Of a stretch of 64,000 nt of DNA, positions 37,133 through 46,800 are shown one piece after another (the first letter of the stretch is position 1; each line of letters begins with the position of its first letter). This DNA comes from an uncultured virus (IMG/VR IMGVR_UViG_3300007511_000013) (Duplodnaviria; Heunggongvirae; Uroviricota; Caudoviricetes). The position numbers and the translations under genes are program-made. The stretch lies in the IMG/VR virus record IMGVR_UViG_3300007511_000013. One strand, given 5' to 3'. Under the pieces are notes generated by a model. The model did not search any database and was not told the DNA's origin. It saw only the letters and a list, made by a program, of their open reading frames with translations.

Positions 37133-38608
37133 CTAAAGAGCAAAGCCCGAGGGCAATGCTTGACTAATTACAAAACCGGAGGTCGTAATATGTGTCACTA
37201 CCGGATTATAATAGCCCTGTCTATCGAAAACATGGGTGGGATTTCTATAGAAGGATGTATTGTCGCCATAAAGTCTTTCTGTTCCCAGGTCCCAATGGAT
37301 ATATTTTGTGGGGTCGCTCGTTGAATCTGTTCTGGTAGAAAATAAATTCACCGAAAGAGGATTTTCTCCTGATGACGGAACGCCGGATGCTGCGATTGTG
37401 TGCGGCACTGTCCCCACCGTGAAGCCCGACACAATGACATAGGGCGTGGGATTAAAAGTTTGCTTGGCCTCACAAAGCAATTGATACTTCCCAACCTTAA
37501 GATCATCAAAACGATAAGAGAACTCTGAAAAGCCTGGGGCGGACCGGTCGCTTGCCACTATTGTTCGATAAAATTGTCCAGACTCTGGAGTGATGACGTA
37601 GGGATAAAATTCCACCTCGCGTGCATCATAAGAAGTGAGTGCAACATCAACGGGCGAGTCAGGCTCGTATGCGAGGCGAACCTTCATCCACTCTATGGCT
37701 CCTCGCGACCCACCATCTCCCGGCTCCACTTCCCAGGTGATGGCAGCATTTGAGGGCGTACCGTCTTCGGTTAGTGTGGTTGATGTAGTGTGTCCAACGT
37801 AGCCGGGCGTTAGAGACGTAATATAAGTATCGAGAGCAGGCCACCCGTTCGGCTGAACGCCCTCTTCTAATTGGGCCCCATAAATTAGAATACTTCCGAC
37901 AAAAAATGTCGCAGTATGGGCTGGGGAAATTGTAATGGTGACGCTTGTATTTGCACCAAGTGTTGCGCTATCCAATATAAAGGCGACCCTATACCAACCC
38001 GACCCAATATTTTTTACAGGTAACACCAGACTTGCGCTTGGTCCCGTCAAGACCGGCGCCCCCGATGACCACTCTATGGAAAAATTATCTGTGGATGCCG
38101 CCTGAAAACTGACGAGGGAGCCCGGCGTAGTTGCGCCCTCTTTTACAAAGATAGAAAAGACATGAGAGGTGTTTGGCTTGAGGCCCGCAACAATTTGCGA
38201 GATGGACTCAACCGACAACGCATCAGTATCCTCTATTGTCCAAGCATTATTGGAAATTCCATAGGGTCCAGTTTGATTCTTAGCCAATGTAGGGGCGGAG
38301 GCTGATGTTGACCATGAGGTCCCCGTTGAAAAAGAATTGCTCTCCAGTAGCAAGTTGGTAACATCATTTAGGTAAGCGCTCTTGAAACTTACATCTAGCT
38401 TGTCTGTGACAGAGACACCGCTTACAGCAGCATAGGGCGAGAAACCAATCGAACCACCAATGGCAGGGGTGAGGCTGAAGCCCGGAACACCTGGTGACCC
38501 CGCTTTTGCCACCGTAAAAGATCCAAGAAAATTGGCAACATTTAATTTGCTTACTTCAAAGGACCCCTGAAAGGCGGCGCCGTTATTTGCCGATAGCCTA
38601 CACGACAT
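37133..38608 (-). CDS. Virion protein with inserted fibre-type module and C-terminal PKD-like domain
   Basis: PSSGENPLSV.L....WDLG....NPTHVF...GYY is PKD-like; ATG 38608 has a GAGGAGG RBS. Confidence 0.7.
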   Translation of the reverse strand: MSCRLSANNGAAFQGSFEVSKLNVANFLGSFTVAKAGSPGVPGFSLTPAIGGSIGFSPYAAVSGVSVTDKLDVSFKSAYLNDVTNLLLESNSFSTGTSWSTSASAPTLAKNQTGPYGISNNAWTIEDTDALSVESISQIVAGLKPNTSHVFSIFVKEGATTPGSLVSFQAASTDNFSIEWSSGAPVLTGPSASLVLPVKNIGSGWYRVAFILDSATLGANTSVTITISPAHTATFFVGSILIYGAQLEEGVQPNGWPALDTYITSLTPGYVGHTTSTTLTEDGTPSNAAITWEVEPGDGGSRGAIEWMKVRLAYEPDSPVDVALTSYDAREVEFYPYVITPESGQFYRTIVASDRSAPGFSEFSYRFDDLKVGKYQLLCEAKQTFNPTPYVIVSGFTVGTVPHTIAASGVPSSGENPLSVNLFSTRTDSTSDPTKYIHWDLGTERLYGDNTSFYRNPTHVFDRQGYYNPVVTHITTSGFVISQALPSGFAL

Positions 38609-38990
38609 CCTGGGGAGCCTCCTCAACCACTATGTGGTCGCCCGTATAGGGATCAATTTTCAGGAATCGACACAGGTTTGTTCCTCGCCATCCTATGTTG
38701 ACAAAGTTGAGAAAAACGCTCAGACCTTTTTTATACGGCAAGTAATCTAAGTTGCCATCTACTCGGAGATGCTCAAAAAATTTTTCTCCCCGCTCATTGT
38801 AGGCGAAGAATTCACCAGAGGAAGCTGTAAAAAATTCATAAGGCTCGGCATTTATAATAGAGTCGTTATTTACTTTTATAATAAAAAGAGGGCCTCCCAG
38901 CAGAGGCGTGATTGAGACCTCCAATGAGGGGTCGTTCGTGTCGTAGGTATATTTAATCTTATTTTCTAATATATCATGTTCCATAGTCAA
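38598..38990 (-). CDS. Hypothetical protein in the tail module
   Basis: 130-aa ORF overlapping both neighbours; exact start uncertain. Confidence 0.55.
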   Translation of the reverse strand: MTMEHDILENKIKYTYDTNDPSLEVSITPLLGGPLFIIKVNNDSIINAEPYEFFTASSGEFFAYNERGEKFFEHLRVDGNLDYLPYKKGLSVFLNFVNIGWRGTNLCRFLKIDPYTGDHIVVEEAPQDVV

Positions 38991-39516
38991 AGGTCACCCT
39001 ATAGCGTAAAATTCCCTGTCCATTAGTTCCACCATAATTCCCAACACCAACGCTTGAGCTAACATCCAAGTTAAGGTAAATCCACTGAGAAGCATCAGAG
39101 GCAGTTACTCCACTTATTGCGGTATGGCCATCTCTTCTGAAAAGATTTTGCGCTATAGGCAGAGTTGCTGAAACTACACCGCTTGATGAAGTTATTGTTC
39201 TGTCTTGTAACCAATTACCACTTCCTGTTATTCCTTGATTATAATTTATCAGGCCAGCTTGAATTAAGTTAGGACCCCAGAACCGCATGTTGCGGATAAA
39301 GCCATTTCCACCCATATTGGTGGCGCGCATAATGACAACCTTGGTATCGCTCGCAGTAGAGACATCAGTATTTATCGTCCCGAAGGAGAGAGTGCCGGCC
39401 GAAGTATCATCTACCTCGCCCACGTAGCCAGAAGCCGCAAGGGCCGCATAGTCGTAAAGAAACGGATCTAGTCCCGAAGTGGCAAACTGATGAAATTTTA
39501 CTGTTGGTACGGCCAC
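38974..39516 (-). CDS. Probable tail structural protein
   Basis: AGGAG RBS, beta-rich, second gene after the tape measure. Confidence 0.6.
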   Translation of the reverse strand: MAVPTVKFHQFATSGLDPFLYDYAALAASGYVGEVDDTSAGTLSFGTINTDVSTASDTKVVIMRATNMGGNGFIRNMRFWGPNLIQAGLINYNQGITGSGNWLQDRTITSSSGVVSATLPIAQNLFRRDGHTAISGVTASDASQWIYLNLDVSSSVGVGNYGGTNGQGILRYRVTFDYGT

Positions 39517-39525
39517 TATTTACTC

Positions 39526-40863
39526 CTATGGTATGGTCGATGTTGCGCCATCGCCCGTATACGTCCATGTGACATTAAAAGAAACGGAGTTAGCTTGATT
39601 GTCAGGATCGAAAGAAAACGAAGTTATTCTACTTAAATTGCCCTTAGCCTGTCCACCATGGGTATTGATAATGTGCTGCGCATAGGCCTTGGCTTTCTCA
39701 AGGGTGTCACCAATTACCTGCCCACTAAGTTGATATTGCCCCTCTGTCGTAGTGCCGAGGTTTTGCCAAACAGGCCCAGTTGCCTTGCCGGGAATCTGAA
39801 TAGAAGCAAAGGCATCGACGGGGCGCTGTTCGCTAATGGAATAGTCCGCATCTATTATGCCGGATGCTGCCGCATCATTTAGCTTGTCGTCCCAGGAGGC
39901 GCTATAGTCAACTGTGCCTGCGTTGTGATTGCGTGTGACGCTTTCTGAAAGATAGCCACTACCCAATATTCTTGTGCGGCCCATCAGGGTGTGAAAGCCA
40001 GAGGCAGAAGCGTAGAGAGTGGGGCGAACGTCCACCAGCCAGCCCGCCATGGCCTTGTTGTTGCGCTCAAAAGGGGTGGCCGCATGTCCCTGGATGTTGC
40101 CATTAACAGATATGGAAGATATGCCCGTGGTATCGGTGCTAATATCGAAGGTGTTTCTATGTAAATAATCAAGGGCGGCGCCGCTGGCCAAAACATAGTT
40201 TTCGGTCACGCTATATGAGCCACCGGTCTCATCGAGGGATTCTGAGAGGAGTCCGCGAATATAAGAGAGATTGGAATAGCTGGAGAAGATTTGAGAGGGG
40301 CGACCGCCCGGTATCTTGGCCACTGGATTTAATCCGCCCAGTCGCGCCGTCACAAAGGCTTTGGCGTTAGTGAGGGAGTTGTTGATGCCGCTGGGATTTG
40401 TATTGAGTCCGACTGCACTTACGCTGTGAGTTAGGGTCGCCGTATCATCATCACTTTCGCCCCAGTCCCACGTATCGGAATAGTCCTTAACGCCCGAGAG
40501 GGCGGTGGCGCTGGCAACGTTGTTTTGATAAACGAAGGCAAGCGTATAGTTGACCTTGTTAACCCAGACGCTTTCATCAAAGGATACATCAGCTACGCGA
40601 GGATATACGCCCGAAACAAAGACGCCGCTCTGGTGCGTAATGATGAGTTCTTGAAAGTCATCGGCAACGCCGCTCACAAGGGGCGCATAGTAAGCCTTGT
40701 CCATTTTGCCAAAGTTACCACCAGAATTTACCAGGGTACCGTTGCAACCGATGGTTACCTCGTCGTAGAGATGATTGTCGGCCTCATCGATGACGCTCTC
40801 TATCGTGATGGAAATTAATGGTACTGGATCAAAACTATAGGAGCCATATGTCATTGTTGCCAT
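39526..40863 (-). CDS. Probable distal tail/baseplate protein
   Basis: Immediately downstream of the tape measure; beta-rich. Confidence 0.6.
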   Translation of the reverse strand: MATMTYGSYSFDPVPLISITIESVIDEADNHLYDEVTIGCNGTLVNSGGNFGKMDKAYYAPLVSGVADDFQELIITHQSGVFVSGVYPRVADVSFDESVWVNKVNYTLAFVYQNNVASATALSGVKDYSDTWDWGESDDDTATLTHSVSAVGLNTNPSGINNSLTNAKAFVTARLGGLNPVAKIPGGRPSQIFSSYSNLSYIRGLLSESLDETGGSYSVTENYVLASGAALDYLHRNTFDISTDTTGISSISVNGNIQGHAATPFERNNKAMAGWLVDVRPTLYASASGFHTLMGRTRILGSGYLSESVTRNHNAGTVDYSASWDDKLNDAAASGIIDADYSISEQRPVDAFASIQIPGKATGPVWQNLGTTTEGQYQLSGQVIGDTLEKAKAYAQHIINTHGGQAKGNLSRITSFSFDPDNQANSVSFNVTWTYTGDGATSTIP

Positions 40864-43800
40864 TTAGACTGCCCCCAAAATTCTTCTATCTTTTAATTGA
40901 AAAATGACACTATCTAATACACGGCGTACCGCCTCGAACTCTTCACGATCCACAGTTTGGCCCATCTTATCTTCGAGGGCCTTGGTAGCTTCGCGCGATA
41001 ATTGATTAATGCCCGAAAGGCGCACCGTCTTGTCGTTGTTAATCTTGAGGTTAATGTTGAGATCATCAAAACCAACGCCGCCAGAAACATTGCCATTAGC
41101 TGCGTTACCAACACGGCCACGGCGACCAAGTATGCGACGGGCCTGGCGCCTTGTCATAATGGTTTCTGAATCATTTGCAACCATGAGCCGGGAACCAGAA
41201 GGCATGAGGCGCTTCTCTTGTCTGGCCGCATTAATTAAGCCACCAATCTCTGCGCCGCTCAGAGTGCCCCTCGCGGCGAAGCCGAGGTTAAACTTGCCAA
41301 AAACATCACTTAAGCTCGAAAGCCCTACTCCGATGTCAGCTATATCCAATTCCTGCTGGGTTGCAAGACCACTCCTTACTGCAAAACCCCTATCGGACCC
41401 CTTGCCACCTCTCAACATGCTTCCGCGTTCACCGAGTGCTATGACCTTCAAAAAGAAATTGCTAAGTTTTACTGACGCCAACAGTTGATCTTCAAACTTT
41501 GTTTGCAAATCCATCCCCTCAGACAATGAATCAACAACTCCCAACTTCATTAGCCCAACTGCCGACGTAGTTTTCTGAACCGAAGAGGCCAACTTTGGAT
41601 CTGTAAACTGTATCACTTTAAGGCCGGCCTGTAGTGCTCCTGCCATCTCTGGAATAAAAGAAACCCCCAAGGCCGCGCTGGGGGACCTCGCAATGGTTTT
41701 AGCCAGTTGTTTTCCGAGGCGAGTTTTGATCATGTCATCTATGCCAATATTGAAGCCTTCCTGCCCCAATGATCTTATTTTACTAAGCTCATCTTTAAGG
41801 AGGTTAGTTGTCGCCTGGGCAAATTTTAGAACCGCCTCCGCTCTGTCCTTGCTGGCTACATTGAATTTTTCAAATGTCTCCAGTGTGCTGACCAAATTTG
41901 TACGCAGGGCATTAATTTGATCTACGTTAGATAGCCCCTCAATAAACTTCTCCATTGCTAGATTGGCAATAAAAGCCTTTTCTGCTACGCCCCCAAGTTT
42001 TAACTCGAATGTGCCCATATCTTGCAGTAGCTGCTGACGGCGTTGGCGGCGGCGCTTCTTCCTCTTGCTTCTGCCCCCAATAACTCCGCCAATCGCAGAT
42101 CCTACAAAGCTGCCGATTGTCGCACCTATTTGTGGAGCGCCCAGAAAACCTCCTATCACGCCACCAACAAGCGATCCTGCCATTTTGCCAACTTCTTGCT
42201 CATTTCCCGAACCGAATTCTTTCTTAAAATTCTTCCCTAATACTGCGCCTGCACCGCTCGCTCCTACGTCGCCAATATTTTCAAAGAATGGATCAAAGTT
42301 AGACTGAAAAAATTTACCAGCCTCCTGAGCAGTCGGTCCTATGCCGGCCATGAAGCCTCCACCCACCCCAGAGAGACCAGGAATTCCACCGGCTCCACCG
42401 GCTACTCCAATGTTAGATGGCCCCAATGCCGAGGCACCTTGTGCATCAAAACCGGTGACTGCGGTCGAGGGGGGGCCCATTGCAGCGGCTGCGGCGTCCG
42501 GCTGGAGTTGGGCGGGGGTGACGGTACCGGCGTCAAGATCTGAGAAATCGTCTACGGGAAAATCTGTAATTGCGCTCTTGGTATAAATTGGTTCCGTAAG
42601 TGTGCCGGCGGGGAGGTCACTACCTCCGACTGCTGGTCCAGCGTCGGAAAAACCTTCGAAAAACTTACCAAGACCCTTGGCTTGATTTATCATTGCCATG
42701 GGGTCTTTTGCAGCAGCTTCTTCAGCCGTAGAAGGTTGAACCAGATCTATTATAGCGGAGAAACCTGCCAACATAAGATTGCTTATAGTTCCAGCAAGAT
42801 CATCCCCTAAAAACGACTCCTTTGCCTGCTCCATATGATCAACAAAACTTTTACCGGCATCAAATATTGTATCTCGGAACTCGTGTGATGCGCCCAGCTT
42901 GATCTTCGCCTCATCAAAAGCGGTCTTTTGTATTAACTGAGATAATTTTTGCTCTCTGGCCACCATTATACGTTCACGAGCATCTTCGCTTTGCTCATCA
43001 ATTCTTGAGCGAGCACCCATGTCTCTATCGACGGTTACTTTTCTGGCCTTCACCTGAGACTCTTTATCCCTGGTTAACTGTGCTTTTGCCTCCAACACAA
43101 GTTGTCTAAAAGGACTTTTTTCTCGTGCCGCCTGAAGATCAAGTGCCGCAGCTTTTTGAGCCAAGGTTAATCTATAACCCTCCGCATACACTTCTTTCCA
43201 AACATTTGCAGCAGTTTCTGTATTGTCAAGAAAGCGCTCTTGTTCGGTAAGCTTCATTAGCGCAATTTTCTTCTCAACTTTTACGCGACGCAGCTGATCA
43301 TGGGCCTCATTATCAATTGCTTTTTTCTGAAGGAAAAAACGCTCCTTAGCTATCTCTAACTGTAGCCTAGTCTCTTGGTGAAGTGCGTTTAAACGTATTG
43401 CAAGTTGCTTTTTCTCATCTCCCTTAGCGCCCGCCAACTGCACCTTGGTCGAAAATTGTAAATCCGCCCTCCTTGACATTTCACTAAGCTCTTGTACAAA
43501 GTTTCGGCCCGCAAGGGCAAGCTCATCTTTGAATTTTTGTTTATCAACTTGTATTTGTATCTTGATAGCCTGCTTTTCTATTACCTCTTTTACCTTCTCG
43601 TATTCAAATTGTAACTTTTTAAAATCTACCTTCTGCATTTCTTGCATGTTTTTAAGGCGTTTAATGCCAGCTTCTATTAACTGATCAACAAGTTTTTTCT
43701 GAATCTCTAATCCTCTTATGCGAGCTAGGCTCTCATTAGGATCTGTTTTTGCTTCCCTTTCTTTTATTACAATTAATTCTTCAATAGCTTTTTTTCTTTC

Positions 43801-46800
43801 TACTAATGATCTTGTTATCGCGGCCACTTCAGAAGGATCTTTTGATTCAAGATTTTTTAAGCCAACACTTATCTGAGATGCTTCAAGTAAGGACTTTTGT
43901 CTTAATAACTCTCTCCGCCTCTCATTTGCCGCAGGGTCTTTTTCGGCCAAACCCACACCTCGGGGGCCCGCGCTAAAAGAGAATGCTTTTGTGGCTTCTA
44001 TGGCAATATTTTTCTGTAGCTCTCGTCCTAACTCTTCAGAAGATTTTTTCATTGATTCATCAAAATCAGCAAGAGATTGTGATATATCTGCAATCTTGGT
44101 GAGCCCCTGCTTTCTTTTATCTAAAAGATTATTTTTCTCCGCTTCTAACTCGATAGATCTTGCCAATAGATCATTCTCAAGAAAGCGGGCGGTTGCAACT
44201 TGCCTATGTAACTCCAACCCCTTTTGTATATTTTCTAAATTAATTAATATTTTAGTTCTTTCTGCAGCCCTGGCAAAACTCTCAAGCCTTTTTTCAGCCC
44301 CAAGAAGCTCCTTCATGAATGGGGACATTAATTCTTTTAATTTTTTCGCACCTATATGTTCTGCTAAAATTATTGCGAAATCCTCCACAGAACCCCCCAA
44401 TTCCACGAATTTGACCCTTAAAGCATCAATAGCTTCCCTGGCTTCAGGGGTCGCCAAATCTCCGAAGCCTTTTCTCATGGCAATAATGGATGCAATTACG
44501 CCCGACTCTAGGACTGACTTAAAATTATCCGACGCCTGCTGGGCTTTTACCAAATTATTAACCAATTGTTGGGCAGCGGCGCGGGCCTGTTGGCCCATCT
44601 CGGGCATTAATTTTGTAATCCTAGAGATAGTTCTCCTATATGTATCACTTAAAAGCTCCGCCTTCTTAAGTGGAGTGCCGCTTCCAAGTATAATATCATT
44701 AGTCTTTGTTAAGGCACTCTGATACTCAAGATTTGCTGCCGTTGCGAGTGCCGTAGCGGCGGCTATCCTCTCCCCCCCGAATGACTGCGCTCCATGTTCG
44801 TTAAAAACATCAGCTGTTGCAGCAGCAATCATCATTGCATCTTCCCATAAGTGCATCACATCTATACTCTTATTGAAACCAGCTATCTGTGATCCTAGTC
44901 CATCTTGAATATCACTTGTTAGAAGTCTGAAAGAATTTTGAATATTTTTCGTCTCTGCTTGAACACGATCACTCCAATTAATAATCCCCTCGGTTCCATC
45001 TCTTGTTGCTTCTGTTATCTTCCTTGTATCATCTAGCAAAATACCTAAAACTTTTTCAGTTTCCGAAGTAATATTAAGTATCGGAATTGTGGCACTGGGC
45101 ATAGCCTCTCTTGCCCTTTTATTTCTCTCCACATTTTCTTTTGCAATAGTAGCCGCTAATGTTTTTAATCCAATCTTATTCTCTTCAGCTACTAATTTAT
45201 TTCGTTTCTCTTGCAATCCAATGGAGCGAGCAGCAGAATTCTCAATTTCTCTTAATACCGCAAGACGATCTTGAGTAAACTTTAATTGTTTTTTTAAACC
45301 TTCTCTTATTGTTTGTTGTCTGTTGCGAATTGCACTAACAATTCCCACAACAGCCCCAGCGACAAGACCAGTCTTTTTACCAAATTTTGACATTAACTGA
45401 AAAGCAACAGCGCCCTTTTGTGCTGCATCAGCATAGTCTCTCACCTTGTGTGAAAGACTATCAAACTGACCATTTAATTCATTCGTCGTAGCCACAGATC
45501 CGGCTAGTTTTTCTGTTGCACTTATGGCAAGAAAGACCATAACCTTAGCTATGGCAACCCTTCTCTTCGCGATAGCCTCTTCTTCTTCCTTGCTTCTCTT
45601 TATCTTCTTTGCCGAAGTAGCAAGCAAATCATCATTTTTTACAAGAGTATCAGATAAATCCGTCCTCATCCCATCAAGTTCAACAATCCTTTCGCCCGTC
45701 GCTCTCTTCTGCGCACTGAGATCATTTATGCGATTCTCAATCCTCTCTTGGTCTTCTGCAATTGTATTTATTTCTAATTGGGTCTTGTGCTGCCCCGTCG
45801 CTTCTCTTCCTAGCTTTTCGCGCCGATTTAACTGAAGTCCAATTTCTTTAGTCAGAGCCCTCTCCTGTCGAGTAGCCTCTTTTGATAATTCATTCACATC
45901 TTTCATTCTTGCTTGTATATTGTTATTTTTATCAGCAACTTCGCTGGGAACGGTTGCATCAATAGCTGATCTTGTCATGGCGGGTATAGGCTTAGTTAAA
46001 TTAGGAGTGCCGGTGGCATCTAAAGACGTATCAGTAACCCGGCTGAGAGCGCTAGCAAGTGCATTCGCTGAATTTGTTGTTGCATCCAGAGTTTGTTTAA
46101 CTCCTTCCAAAGAATTGGTAGCAACCGAGGCCGACTTTTTAGACACATCGCCAATATTAAAAAATCCCTTTACAGCTTCTTTGGCTCCAACTGATATTTC
46201 TGCTATTTTGGGTTCAAATATTTTAAAGAAAGCTACAATAGCGGCAGTTGGAAGGGCGCCAGGAATGGCTGTGAAAACCTTAGTTATCACTCCAAAGACA
46301 CTGACAACATCTTTTGCCACATCAACCAAGTCTTTTATGAGGGCCTCACCGCCGGCCTCTCCTATAGAATTAACTATATCAATTATAGAAGACTGTAAGC
46401 GATTCATAGATGTCGCAATTGTTTCAAGCTGTTGTGCCTGCTTCGCCTGAGCATTTCCTGCGGAATTAGCAGATAGGGCAACTAAGTCTTGAGCCTTTCC
46501 AAAGTTGTTCATAATGGATGCAAATTCAGTGAAGCGGCGCTTACCTGCAATGGTTGCGGCCAAATTAACCTTTTGTTCCCTAGAAAGGGTTTCCCAACGA
46601 GTGGCTATCTTTCCTATAATATCCATGGTGCCAATCATTTCACCATTGCTTTTTCGAACCTCTATGCCATATTTATTAAGAGCTTTTTCATTCTGCTGAA
46701 CCCCGACAAGAATTGTTTTCATGCCTGCACCGATGGTTGTTGAAGATAGTCGTGTACTTTCTCTGACCGTGGCGGTTATAGCGGCGAATTCTTCTAGAGT

